52,188 nt of DNA, from positions 1 through 52,188 of IMG/VR virus record IMGVR_UViG_3300032216_001137; one strand, given 5' to 3'. Below are positions 36,360-46,567 of this stretch, one piece after another (positions within the stretch are counted from its first letter, which is position 1; the number at the start of each line of letters is the position of its first letter). A program made the position numbers and the translations under genes. The stretch comes from a virus. Lineage: Duplodnaviria > Caudoviricetes. The notes under the pieces are model-generated. The model worked only from the letters and a program-made list of their open reading frames with translations. It searched no databases and was not told where the DNA came from.

Positions 36360-39300
36360 TAAATACTTGTCACCGTCCTATTCATAGTGTCCCTCTTTTT
36401 CAAAGCGCCCAGAACCTTATTAGCAATCTCATCAGCAGAAGCATTAGTTCCAGCAACACTTACATTTATATTATAGTTGGAAATTGAATTAGATGAAACT
36501 TCACCGCCGGAAGCATAATTAACTTCCCCGCCCATTGCGTAAGAATTAACTTCTCCCCCCATAGAATAATATTTACTATCCATACTAGACATACTTGGAG
36601 TATTCATACTATTTAATCCATCAAAGAACTTGCTGCCATATTTATTTACAGCGTCTGCTTTAATTACATACTCTCCATTTGAAAGCATGGTTGGGATTGA
36701 ATCGGAAGTTTTTGTACCGGGGCCGCGAATAATTCCACCAGTAGCCGCCCCCGGCGCTCTTGATATTACTCCATTACTTAAAATATTATAAACTGCATCA
36801 CCAACAGTTATTCCTTTTGCATGTCCATATACATTAAAATTAAATTTTCCTCCTAAAGTAGAATTAATTTCAGTTTGCACCTGACCTCTGTTTACATTTG
36901 CAGTAACATTTACAACTCTAGGCTTTGTTAATGGGGCAAAGGGGTCGACTGTTGTAGATAAAGTAGGAATAAGAGGAACCTTTTTAGAAGTTGTTAATTC
37001 TCTTTCACCCGCTCTATACTCAGCATTTGGAGTATTTAATTTTGCATTAACTTGTACAGTAGTAGGCTTTGGATCTACAATTTCCCAACTATTCCTACCA
37101 ACCTTTTTAATAATTCCAGTTTTTTCTAAAGCAGTTTTTATATCAGCAGGAATTTTTGATGGATCTTTAATTTTTAATCTACCATCTGAGCCAACATATG
37201 TCATTTTATTTTTTTCTAAATATGTTAATAATGACGCTTTTGCTGTCTTAGGATCATCAATTACTAATTGATCCCCTTCCATGTGGGCAAGATTATTTTC
37301 TATTAATTCTGTTGTTATAGAAGCATTAACATTTACAGTTTTAGTTTTTGGTAAATCAGCAAAGGGGTCGTTTGGCATATATAATTCTGGAACAATTTTT
37401 ACTGGTTTTGGTGTAATTAATTCTCTTTCACCACTTCTATATTCAGGATCTGGAGCATTTAAATTTGGCTGAACCTTTAAACTTGCAGGATCTGGGTCTA
37501 CCATTGCCCAGCCGCCGCGACCAACTCTTTTAATAATACCCGTTTTTATTAAAGCAGTTTTTATTGAAGCGGGAATTTTATCAGGATTCTTAAGTTTTAA
37601 TTTACCATCAGGACCAATTTCTGTCATGTTGTTTTTATCTAAATATGTTAATAATGATGCTTTTGCTGTTTTAGGATCATCAATTACTAACTTACCATTT
37701 TCCTCATGAGCAAGACCATTTTTAATTAACTCTGCTTTTACAGAAGCCCTAAGATTTTCTGGTTTATCTATAACAATTTTTCCATTTTCTACATGAATAG
37801 GTCCATCTGTTATAACTTGTGCAATAAAATCTATAGTGTTGGCTCCAGTTAATTCTCTCTCATCTTGTCGATAGGTTTTAATTGCAGCGGGGCTTATAAC
37901 AGGATTAACATCCTGAGTAACAGGCTTGGGCGCAACAATTTCCCATTCAGAACCATTAACACTCTTAATTATTTTATTTTTTTGCATAAGTGCAAACATC
38001 GCTGCATTAATTTTTTTAGGATCTTTAATTTTTAACTTACCATCAGCACCAATTTCTGCTAATTTATTTTCTTCCAAGTAAGCCCTTAACGATGCATTAA
38101 CATTATCAGGTTTACTAATTACTAACTTACCATTTTTAATTTCAGCAAATTTATTTGCAATAAGATCAGCCTTAACATACGCATCAATTTGATCTGGTTT
38201 ATCAAAATACAATTTACCATCTTTGACACCAACTCCACCTTTATTTATCAAACCTACGGAAGCCTTAGCCTGAATTTCTTCAGGACTCTTAACAGACCAA
38301 GAATCTCCACCATTACTAGTAATAAGTCCGTTCGTCAATAAAGTAGTTTTAATTTTAGCATCAATATTATTAATATTTTTAATATTAATTTTACCATCTG
38401 GACCGACATCAACGCCGGGAGAAGTCAGTAATTCTGCCAACATTGGGACAGGAATTGGAGCAAGATCTACCAGTTTTTTAATCTGCTCCTTAACTTTTGG
38501 AGAAGCATCCTTAACTGATTCTTCTATAGAATTTATTAATCCTTTTGCTGGCTCATAGGTTCCCTCTAATGCTTTATGAATTGCTTTATTAACATTATCA
38601 ACACTATAACCAGCCTCAATAAGATCCTTTTTTAATTTTTGAATTACAGGATCTGCATCTGCTTCTTTCACAGTTGTAAATGCTTGTGCCCTAACCCTAG
38701 ACTCAATTTCATTAGCAATGGCTACAGGGTCAACTTGCGGCACAGAACTACTTCCACCGCCGCCGAAGCCGCCACCGCCGACAGACCCACCGCCGCCACT
38801 TGATCCACCGCCACCAGATTTCTTATTAGCAGCCTTAGTCTCAGCATTTCTCTTATCGTCGTTAATTTTCTTTCTATTTTCAGCAGCCTTAATAGCAGCA
38901 TTAGCAGCCTTAATTCTAGCATCCTCAGCAGCCTGCATACTAGACTCTCTAGCATCTGCCGCCTCTTTACTCTTCTGTGCCTTAAGTTGAGCCTCAAGCG
39001 AAGCGACCTTACCAAGATCACCCGTAGCCTTGGCCTGCGCGATCTGATTTTCAAGATCAAGTTTAGTGGCAGCACCGTCCAAAGCCTTCTGTTCAAGGTC
39101 ATAAAGTTTCTGCCTAGCATCCCGCTCAGCATTAATACCATCAATAATATTTCTATTATTATCAATAATCTTATCTTGAATTTTATTTAATTTTTCATAT
39201 TTCTTATTGATAGCATCTGTAGCAGCAGTATTAGAACCACCACCAGAACTTCCTCCACCAGAATGTCCACCACCGCCGCCAACTGAAGGAGCAGAGTACG

Positions 39301-42300
39301 ATCTATTCCCAAGGTTCGCCGTAAAACCTTGGAATCCAGCAGTTACGGCATTATCAAATTCAGTTTTACGAATAATAATGTCTACAATAACTGGGTCGGC
39401 AGCCGCTCGTCGGAATGTATCCCAATCTGTGATTAATCCTGCAGTAACTAATCTTGCTGCCGAAACAACATTACTATAATTAGCACCTGCATTAGCAGCA
39501 TTATTCATGGCTTGACCTAATAATGTATCTTTTCCAACACTATTTATTACTGCATTAAATTCTGCTTGAGCAGTCTTTGCTTTTATTACTGCGCTAAGTC
39601 CATATGTTTCTGGATTTCCTAAAACGTCTTTAATCAACGCTGCGTTCATTTCAAGTTCTCTTCGTGAAGCGGGGCTTCCCTCACTAATAGTGCCAAACAT
39701 GCCCTTTATGCTATTATTGAATTCATCTACAGGCATACTAGTTAATGCATTTGTGATAGAAGAACCAAATTTAATAAAATCATCATTGGCAAGTTTAATG
39801 CTTTCATCAACAACAGCAAGAGTCTGAATCATAGCGTCTGTGTTTTTTGTTCCATTAATAACATTATCAAATATGTGTTCAGCAGGGTTAACTGTTAAAC
39901 TTGTAACGTCATTTTGATTTGGTGTAATCTTTACATTAGCCATAATTCCATTTAATTGACTCTGTAAAGCATCTCCAGCATCCTTAAAATTCAATTGATT
40001 AAGTCTAACATTAACATCAAGCGATAAATCAGATCTTCCTGCCGCCTTTAATATGGCGGCAATGTCTATTTTTGCTCCCTCTTTAGTCATTCCGGCAACT
40101 ATATCTGAAGTATATTTATCTACAAGTAGCGCGGTTGCTTCTTTAGGATCGGCTTCTTTAATTTTCTGAATAAAATCTTTTGTTATTTGATCAGCGGTTT
40201 GAGCATAAGCATTTGCTAATTGCTCTAAAGCGCCCGTTGCTTCTTTTGTTTTACCTATTAATTGTGTAAGTTGAACATCAGTAATAGTTTGAATTTGAAT
40301 TCCAAATTGCGCTGCGGCCTCTTTACTAACTTGCATAGATCCAATCAAAGAATTCATATGGACTCTATCTAATTCTTGTATATAATCACTAAAAGCCTTA
40401 ATCGCTCCCGCTGCTGCACCAATTGCTATTCCCCAAGGTCCAAACATGGCCCCCATTCCTGCAAAGGACGCCACTTCAGATGCTGCCTGCGCTGCCTTAT
40501 TATCAACTTGAGATAATCCTACGGCAGCAGCCTCAAGTCCCATGCTCATTCCGAATGTTGCCATAGATCCAGCGCCAAGCGATCCTTTAAGTTTACCTAG
40601 ACCGGCAGATAATTTACCAGTCTTTTTTTCTGATTCAATAATTTTATTATTAGATTTATCAGTTTGTTGTTCATCCTTATCTTCTGCCATTGTTACATTA
40701 TCAACTGATTCTGCTAAACTCTCCATTGATGTTTGAGCATCAACAGCAGCCATTTGCTGTGCCTTTAACTGAGCCACCATCATCATAAGGCCCGAAATAT
40801 CACCTGTTGGTAAGAAAGTAGATCCAGTAATAGCAGGAGTTGAAGTAGCCCTTGAACCGCCACCCAGACCACCACTATCAAAATGTTGAATCATCCCACC
40901 ATAAGAATAATGCTGCATCATACCACCATCAGAATATGTAGGCATCATTCCACCACTATAATAATTACCAATCATTCCACCGTCAGCACGTTTTACTAAA
41001 TAACCATAATCCATGTATATGTCTCCGGTTGAACCTCTATCATGGTCACCACCCTGTGCAAAATGCTCAACCTTTTTATTCAAAAACTTTTTAGAATTTA
41101 TTGAATCAAAGAAACTTACACCATATTTATCAACAGCGTCTGCACCAACAATATATTCACCATTTGAAACCATCGCAGGAGTTTTATCTTTTTGAGAACT
41201 ATCTGATCGACCTTTCCCACCATCAGCATATTTTTGTGTAGGTGGTGGTTCTGGGCTAGGCATTGGAGGCATCCCGCCCATAGCATAATTGTTATTATCA
41301 ATCATGCCACCATCAGCATATTTCTTAGCATTTACTTCATCTAGAAAAGCCGCTCCATACTTACTTACAGCATCAGCCTGAATAACATATTCACCATGAG
41401 AAAGCATAGCAGGGATTTTATCATCTTTGGGACCACCCGGTCCAGTTATAAGTCCACCAGATGCTTTTTTCTTTGGACCCTTAACTGGTGGTGCTATTCC
41501 AGCAGCAGATCTAACAGTCGTACCAAAATCTGTTCCAACAGAAACACCCGCAAGACTTGCACTAGCAGCCCTAACCAAATTATTTATATTAATGATATCT
41601 TCTTCAGCAATTATTCCAAGTTGTCTAAGGTTTGCATCCAATTGCTCTAATGCAGTCGCTATACCAACTGCATCTACAGAATTTCCAGTTACATTAACAG
41701 AATTTCTAATTCCTTCTGCAGCAATACTTACTTGCTCTGCTATTAACTGTCCCTTTTCTCCAGCCACACCAATTAATTGATGTAATACATAATTTAAATC
41801 TTCTTCTACCCGACCAGCAAAGCCGGAAAATTCTGTATCAGTACCAGTTCTAGAAACGGCAGAAATAGTCTTAAACATATTATTATGTCCAATTCTATTT
41901 TCATAAAAATCTGCAACTTGTTGATGATAGTTTTGATCTAATGCTGCGTTTATTTTCATTGCTTCTTGTTCAAACAATTTTGATAGTGCGGCAGCCTGCT
42001 GTGGCACTGGTAATGCTTTTACTGATTCAATACCAACTTTAATACCCTGAGTATAATTTTTCATTAAATTAGTAGTTAAATCATCTATTTTTTTCCCTAA
42101 TTGCAATTCATCTATTAATTTTTCAAGTTGTACCGGAGAACCACTTTTTAAGGCTGATTGCATTCGCGCCGCTAATGCTTTAGCCTCACGAACTGCTGTT
42201 GCTTTGTCTTTAGTTGGGTCCATAAGAACTTGATGAAGATGATCCTGTAAAACTTTAGCAGTCGCTTTTGACTGAACTTGCGAAAGATTCATCCAATCTT

Positions 42301-45103
42301 TAACATCCTGCTCGCTTAATTTTTGAGCATCTGCTAACATGGTTTGTTCTCTTTCTACATTACCTCGCGCTAAACTTTTTATCCAATTATTTCTAGCGTT
42401 TTCCAATAACTTAGGATCAATAGTGACGCCCATAGCCCTAAGTTCTTCTTGTGAAGGTTCATAATAATGTTGTGGTGCATCTTTTGCTGCTTGTTGAATT
42501 TTTGCAGGAAGGCTCCCTTTGATTCCAACCGTACCAGATGGAGGATTAATTCTTTCAAACGCCCTCAATTGTCTTCTTAAACTTGCAGAATCTGTGACAC
42601 CTTTAGTGTTAGCAGCATCAAGATCTCTCAATAATAGTTTTTGTGATTCACTTATAGTATCTCCTAAACTTCTTAAATAATCTCTTGTTTGATTAACTAA
42701 ATTTTTAAAAGAAGTTGTGTGGAAAACTTCTAGCCCTTGACCACCACTCTTAGTACTATATTGTGGATTAAAACTAGATGCACCGCGAATCAAACCCATT
42801 TGATTTTCATCAGGTTTAGGAATAACTGGGCCAGCAGGAGAAATAACTGCACCAGTAATAGGGTTTGTTCTTTCACTCCTATAAAGATAAGGATTATAGG
42901 GAGCAGGAGTATCTGGATTATACTTAACATAAATCCCAAACAGTCTACTTGCAATCGACGCTAATTTTGGATTATCATTTAATGCTTGAATAAATGATGG
43001 ACTCATATTTCTTGTTACTTCAGCAGTTAATATTGATTCTCCTGCAGAAAGCATAGCAGGAATTACATCAGATCTTGGACCACCGGGACCAGTAACAAGT
43101 GTCGTTCTTCTAGATGTATATGGACCAGAAGGGTATCTTGAGCCAGTTGTTCCAGTTGGACCATTAGGAACGCCGCCCGAAGGAATTGGTCCTGCACCGG
43201 GATTAGCACGACTTGCCAACATTTCATATTGAACAAGTTCAGCATTCAATCTTTCTATAGCGCCTGCCAAAACTTTTGCTGCTTCCGATTGATTAAGAAG
43301 AGATTGCTGGAAAATGTCTCCCGCATTTGCTGCTGCCAATGTTGCTGGAGTCGCAACATCAGTAAATCCTCTAAACCCATTTGCAAAACTTTTAAACGTA
43401 GCAAAACCTTTTAGAATATATCCAAAAAAGTTTCCGAATACACCGGCAAGCATGACTACCGGACCAACAACTGCAGTAAATGTTCCAGCCATACTTAAAA
43501 TATTTTTAAGCATAGGATTGTTATTAACAAAATCTGCTACCTTTGTAAATACATTTAATGCAGTAGTAGCAAGTTCTAAGAATTTTTGACCAAACGGAGC
43601 AATGGCTGCTTGGAAACCTTGCAATGCTCTTTGATATCTACCAGTAGTAGATTCTTGCATTTGCTTCATTTCCTTATCAGCAATCGCCGCCGTTTCCGCT
43701 GCAGTAGAACCCATCAACTGGAATACCTGCATTGTCTGGCTTCCTTCTTTTCCAATATTTTGAAGAAGGGCAGAAATTCTTGAGAACTGATACTTACCAA
43801 AGATCTGCTCAATTACCTGAGCGCGTTGAAGATTATCTAACTGACTAAGCGACCTTTGCAATTCTTGGAAAAGCATTGGAAGATTTCCTCTGTTTTTTGT
43901 AACAATATCTTGTAAATTAATTCCTAATTTACCAAGATTCATACTTACAACTTTAGAAGGATTAATTAAAGAACCCAAGGCTGACTTGATTGCGTTTGCT
44001 GCTTCACCTGCTGGAACACCAGCCTCTTTCATGGCAACCATCATAGCGGCTACATCTTTAAAACTACCACCCAATTGTGCCACTATAGGAGAGGCTTTTG
44101 GAATGGCTGCAATCAAATCTTGTAGGCTAGTACTAGTTTGGTTTTCAACAGCATTTAGGAAATTAATAGATTCTGTTAACTGCTGATTATTTAATTTAAA
44201 TACGTTTTGTAGAGAAATAGTTGCTTTAACAGCATCTTGCCTATCAACTTCGCCAAGAACCGAAAGTCTTGTGGCCTCCGTCGTCGCATTTAAAAGATCT
44301 TTACCCTGTAGACCAATGGCTGCAATATCTGCTGCTGTAGCGGCTGTCTGAGCAATTGGTACGCCCATCTGCTGGGCAAGTTGGGTAGACAAGTCAGATA
44401 CTTGCTGACGGATACTTGCTAATGCCCCGTCACTAGCCTGAGTAACACCATTTCCATAAACCTTGGTTACTCTTGTCAATTCTTTATCAAGGCTCATGAA
44501 GGCTTGTGCAGCCTTTTGTCCAAAGATAGAGATTGGTACTGTCAAACCCACCGTCAACTGACGACCGGCCCACTGAGTATTTTTACCCCAGTTAATTAAA
44601 GCATCCCCACCTTTATACAAAGATAGGTTAAACAATTCAAGTTGCTTTCTAGCAATCATTGAACTATTTCCTACAGCATCAATTTGCTTTGGAGTATCTA
44701 CAAAAACCCTACCACTTTCAAAAGGGTCTGTTCTAATAACAGACTTTTGTAAAGCGACCTGTTGCTCTGCTAACTGTCTTAAAGAGCCTAAAGTTTGGGA
44801 AGAACCTTCTCGCCAAGTTTTAAAATATTCTTTAACGCTAAGTTTACCTGCTTGAAGTTGTTCACCAAATTTTGACGTAGTATCTTGAACATTTACCATT
44901 GTTCTGGTATATGCACCACTTGATTTTACAATATTGTCATATTCTTTTACAGCATTTTTTATAGTAGAAACTTGATTATCGCTAATACCAAAATTAACGA
45001 TTTGTTTATTAAGTTCTGTAACTCTCTGTCGAAGAATATTTATTTGATTAGTGACATTAGCAAAGTCACCAGTGGCAATAATATCAAGATTAATCTTTGT
45101 CAA
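36359..45103 (-). CDS. Tape measure protein (2914 aa)
   Basis: NWGKNTQWAGRQL.VG.TVP, TP901-type core (INFLNAVENQT..L.DL), long helical Ala/Gln-rich content, and position after the tail chaperones. Confidence 0.93.
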   Translation of the reverse strand: MTKINLDIIATGDFANVTNQINILRQRVTELNKQIVNFGISDNQVSTIKNAVKEYDNIVKSSGAYTRTMVNVQDTTSKFGEQLQAGKLSVKEYFKTWREGSSQTLGSLRQLAEQQVALQKSVIRTDPFESGRVFVDTPKQIDAVGNSSMIARKQLELFNLSLYKGGDALINWGKNTQWAGRQLTVGLTVPISIFGQKAAQAFMSLDKELTRVTKVYGNGVTQASDGALASIRQQVSDLSTQLAQQMGVPIAQTAATAADIAAIGLQGKDLLNATTEATRLSVLGEVDRQDAVKATISLQNVFKLNNQQLTESINFLNAVENQTSTSLQDLIAAIPKASPIVAQLGGSFKDVAAMMVAMKEAGVPAGEAANAIKSALGSLINPSKVVSMNLGKLGINLQDIVTKNRGNLPMLFQELQRSLSQLDNLQRAQVIEQIFGKYQFSRISALLQNIGKEGSQTMQVFQLMGSTAAETAAIADKEMKQMQESTTGRYQRALQGFQAAIAPFGQKFLELATTALNVFTKVADFVNNNPMLKNILSMAGTFTAVVGPVVMLAGVFGNFFGYILKGFATFKSFANGFRGFTDVATPATLAAANAGDIFQQSLLNQSEAAKVLAGAIERLNAELVQYEMLASRANPGAGPIPSGGVPNGPTGTTGSRYPSGPYTSRRTTLVTGPGGPRSDVIPAMLSAGESILTAEVTRNMSPSFIQALNDNPKLASIASRLFGIYVKYNPDTPAPYNPYLYRSERTNPITGAVISPAGPVIPKPDENQMGLIRGASSFNPQYSTKSGGQGLEVFHTTSFKNLVNQTRDYLRSLGDTISESQKLLLRDLDAANTKGVTDSASLRRQLRAFERINPPSGTVGIKGSLPAKIQQAAKDAPQHYYEPSQEELRAMGVTIDPKLLENARNNWIKSLARGNVEREQTMLADAQKLSEQDVKDWMNLSQVQSKATAKVLQDHLHQVLMDPTKDKATAVREAKALAARMQSALKSGSPVQLEKLIDELQLGKKIDDLTTNLMKNYTQGIKVGIESVKALPVPQQAAALSKLFEQEAMKINAALDQNYHQQVADFYENRIGHNNMFKTISAVSRTGTDTEFSGFAGRVEEDLNYVLHQLIGVAGEKGQLIAEQVSIAAEGIRNSVNVTGNSVDAVGIATALEQLDANLRQLGIIAEEDIININNLVRAASASLAGVSVGTDFGTTVRSAAGIAPPVKGPKKKASGGLITGPGGPKDDKIPAMLSHGEYVIQADAVSKYGAAFLDEVNAKKYADGGMIDNNNYAMGGMPPMPSPEPPPTQKYADGGKGRSDSSQKDKTPAMVSNGEYIVGADAVDKYGVSFFDSINSKKFLNKKVEHFAQGGDHDRGSTGDIYMDYGYLVKRADGGMIGNYYSGGMMPTYSDGGMMQHYSYGGMIQHFDSGGLGGGSRATSTPAITGSTFLPTGDISGLMMMVAQLKAQQMAAVDAQTSMESLAESVDNVTMAEDKDEQQTDKSNNKIIESEKKTGKLSAGLGKLKGSLGAGSMATFGMSMGLEAAAVGLSQVDNKAAQAASEVASFAGMGAMFGPWGIAIGAAAGAIKAFSDYIQELDRVHMNSLIGSMQVSKEAAAQFGIQIQTITDVQLTQLIGKTKEATGALEQLANAYAQTADQITKDFIQKIKEADPKEATALLVDKYTSDIVAGMTKEGAKIDIAAILKAAGRSDLSLDVNVRLNQLNFKDAGDALQSQLNGIMANVKITPNQNDVTSLTVNPAEHIFDNVINGTKNTDAMIQTLAVVDESIKLANDDFIKFGSSITNALTSMPVDEFNNSIKGMFGTISEGSPASRRELEMNAALIKDVLGNPETYGLSAVIKAKTAQAEFNAVINSVGKDTLLGQAMNNAANAGANYSNVVSAARLVTAGLITDWDTFRRAAADPVIVDIIIRKTEFDNAVTAGFQGFTANLGNRSYSAPSVGGGGGHSGGGSSGGGSNTAATDAINKKYEKLNKIQDKIIDNNRNIIDGINAERDARQKLYDLEQKALDGAATKLDLENQIAQAKATGDLGKVASLEAQLKAQKSKEAADARESSMQAAEDARIKAANAAIKAAENRKKINDDKRNAETKAANKKSGGGGSSGGGGSVGGGGFGGGGSSSVPQVDPVAIANEIESRVRAQAFTTVKEADADPVIQKLKKDLIEAGYSVDNVNKAIHKALEGTYEPAKGLINSIEESVKDASPKVKEQIKKLVDLAPIPVPMLAELLTSPGVDVGPDGKINIKNINNIDAKIKTTLLTNGLITSNGGDSWSVKSPEEIQAKASVGLINKGGVGVKDGKLYFDKPDQIDAYVKADLIANKFAEIKNGKLVISKPDNVNASLRAYLEENKLAEIGADGKLKIKDPKKINAAMFALMQKNKIIKSVNGSEWEIVAPKPVTQDVNPVISPAAIKTYRQDERELTGANTIDFIAQVITDGPIHVENGKIVIDKPENLRASVKAELIKNGLAHEENGKLVIDDPKTAKASLLTYLDKNNMTEIGPDGKLKLKNPDKIPASIKTALIKTGIIKRVGRGGWAMVDPDPASLKVQPNLNAPDPEYRSGERELITPKPVKIVPELYMPNDPFADLPKTKTVNVNASITTELIENNLAHMEGDQLVIDDPKTAKASLLTYLEKNKMTYVGSDGRLKIKDPSKIPADIKTALEKTGIIKKVGRNSWEIVDPKPTTVQVNAKLNTPNAEYRAGERELTTSKKVPLIPTLSTTVDPFAPLTKPRVVNVTANVNRGQVQTEINSTLGGKFNFNVYGHAKGITVGDAVYNILSNGVISRAPGAATGGIIRGPGTKTSDSIPTMLSNGEYVIKADAVNKYGSKFFDGLNSMNTPSMSSMDSKYYSMGGEVNSYAMGGEVNYASGGEVSSNSISNYNINVSVAGTNASADEIANKVLGALKKRDTMNRTVTSI

Positions 45104-45409
45104 TTACATTCCCGGCCCTTCATAACCAAGTCCCATTCCAATGCCGAAACCGGCTTGACGATCATTGAGAGTTGTAATATCTTCCTTATCATCTGGGCCT
45201 GACATGTCAATACCATTGACTGCAGCGATAAATTCTCGTTCTCTTTTTTCGCGTTTTCTAATGGAATTGGTAATTGATATAAGTTCTTCAAGGGTGAGAC
45301 TGTCTTCAAGATCGTCATAATTTTTCCACTGACCAAGAACAAAAACTTCTGATTCTAACTCGACAAGATCTAGTTGTTCCCAACTAGACTTGCCCCCAGA
45401 AGGTTTGGG
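45104..45409 (-). CDS. Tail assembly chaperone, -1 frameshifted extension (lambda gpGT-like)
   Basis: The -1 frame reads KPSGGKSSWEQLDLVELESEVFVLGQWKNYDDLEDSLTLEEL...GFGIGMGLGYEGPGM*; TAA at 45104-45106 directly abuts the tape measure TTG. Confidence 0.8.
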   Translation of the reverse strand, partial: PKPSGGKSSWEQLDLVELESEVFVLGQWKNYDDLEDSLTLEELISITNSIRKREKREREFIAAVNGIDMSGPDDKEDITTLNDRQAGFGIGMGLGYEGPGM

Positions 45410-45705
45410 TCGGCTGATTTAAGACCTCCCGCGATTTCAAGTATCTTCATCATTGTTGGTACTTCAATTAGTTCTTCAAATTTATCTTTATCTTTTGCAA
45501 CTTCTGGTAATGTTTTTTCTAAACATACCATGCAGGCTTCAATAAAAATTTCCATAGCATCATTTTCATCTTGGATATCATCATTATCCATCTTCTTAAT
45601 GATTTCCATGAATTTTCTTAGTTGTTTAATTGATAGTGGCTTTACGGTAATTGTTTCACCATCTGATAATTCAATTTCTATTTCATCGTATACTTTGGTA
45701 GCCAA
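45370..45705 (-). CDS. Tail assembly chaperone (gpG-like)
   Basis: Between major tail and tape measure; AGGAGG SD, TTG start; I.L.DG..I.VKPL.IK.LRKFM. Confidence 0.85.
   Translation of the reverse strand: MATKVYDEIEIELSDGETITVKPLSIKQLRKFMEIIKKMDNDDIQDENDAMEIFIEACMVCLEKTLPEVAKDKDKFEELIEVPTMMKILEIAGGLKSADPNLLGASLVGNN
45403..45409 (-). promoter_or_regulatory. -1 ribosomal slippery heptamer C CCA AAC
   Basis: Canonical X XXY YYZ in the correct phase (GAC CCA AAC), 10 codons before the chaperone stop. Confidence 0.75.
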
Positions 45706-45728
45706 TTGTTCCTCCTATGTATATGTAA

Positions 45729-45737
45729 ATTATATCA
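45729..45737 (-). promoter_or_regulatory. Extended -10 promoter for the chaperone/tape measure operon
   Basis: TGATATAAT downstream of a terminator. Confidence 0.6.
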
Positions 45738-45755
45738 AAATAACAATTAAATACA

Positions 45756-45787
45756 TAAAGAACAAGACCGCCCAATGGACGGCCTTG
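45756..45787 (-). terminator. Rho-independent terminator after the major tail gene
   Basis: CAAGGCCGTCC-ATT-GGGCGGTCTTG followed by TTCTTTA. Confidence 0.75.
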
Positions 45788-45809
45788 AACTTTTATTAAG
45801 TTATATTTA

Positions 45810-46487
45810 TTAACCAGTAAACTGAGAACCAGAATACAAACGGTCAATAATCTTACCATACTCAGATCCTGTGAAAGCAGTATCTGGGAGGACACGGAAT
45901 GTTACTGGGAATACTGTTGCAGCATCACGCTTAAGTGAATGTGCGCTAGTTTCCATAGAAACAACACGACGAGCAAGATAAACTCTTTCAGTATTTGAAC
46001 CTGAAGTAGGATCAGAAGAACCTGATGTACCCCATACAGGTCCATCTGGAGCATACTGAGATACGAAGACTAAACTTCTTTCAATAGGTTCGGAACCGAT
46101 TGCACCTGATGGAATAGACATTACTGTTGAAGATGAGTTATATGCAACAGTACCTGCATTGCCAAAGGCAAATTCTAGGTTCTGTAATGTTGCTTCAGCA
46201 AGGGTCGTCTTAAGTGTTACCTTAAGTGACTGCTTGAAGATTTTAGCAACGTCAAGTAACTGATCGACAGTAACTTCACCATAAGTTGGTTCATATGAAA
46301 GTTCAATACCTTCACTTGTAAGACCAGTTTCTACCCATGAACTAGAAATACCTCTCATAATTGTAGCAGCAGAGTTACCATATGAACTTGACCATGCAGG
46401 TTCAACAGGTCTATTAAGACCATAAGATGCACTAACAAAGACGTTAGCGGCACCTACGATTACGTTTTTTACGTTGGGTTGAGCCAT
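45810..46487 (-). CDS. Major tail (tube) protein
   Basis: NVIVGAA..F, GLTSEG.ELSYEP.YGEV.VDQLLD, TTLAEATL.NL and FPVTFR.LP. Confidence 0.88.
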   Translation of the reverse strand: MAQPNVKNVIVGAANVFVSASYGLNRPVEPAWSSSYGNSAATIMRGISSSWVETGLTSEGIELSYEPTYGEVTVDQLLDVAKIFKQSLKVTLKTTLAEATLQNLEFAFGNAGTVAYNSSSTVMSIPSGAIGSEPIERSLVFVSQYAPDGPVWGTSGSSDPTSGSNTERVYLARRVVSMETSAHSLKRDAATVFPVTFRVLPDTAFTGSEYGKIIDRLYSGSQFTG

Positions 46488-46547
46488 TTATTTTTTCACC
46501 ACCTTTATTTTTTTTTTAAATAATTTGGTGACACTTCCTCACTTCTT

Positions 46548-46556
46548 ATATTACCA
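46548..46556 (-). promoter_or_regulatory. Extended -10 promoter for the major tail gene
   Basis: TGGTAATAT upstream of a roughly 55-nt leader. Confidence 0.5.
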
Positions 46557-46567
46557 TAAATTTATCT

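Noticed and set aside
45100-45342. Track ORF of 80 aa before the tape measure
   Set aside because: Wrong frame. The protein-like sequence is the -1 frameshift frame ending at 45104.
46508-46517. T10 run as a phase-variation tract
   Set aside because: Intergenic and better explained as the loop of the leader hairpin; no evidence of length variation.
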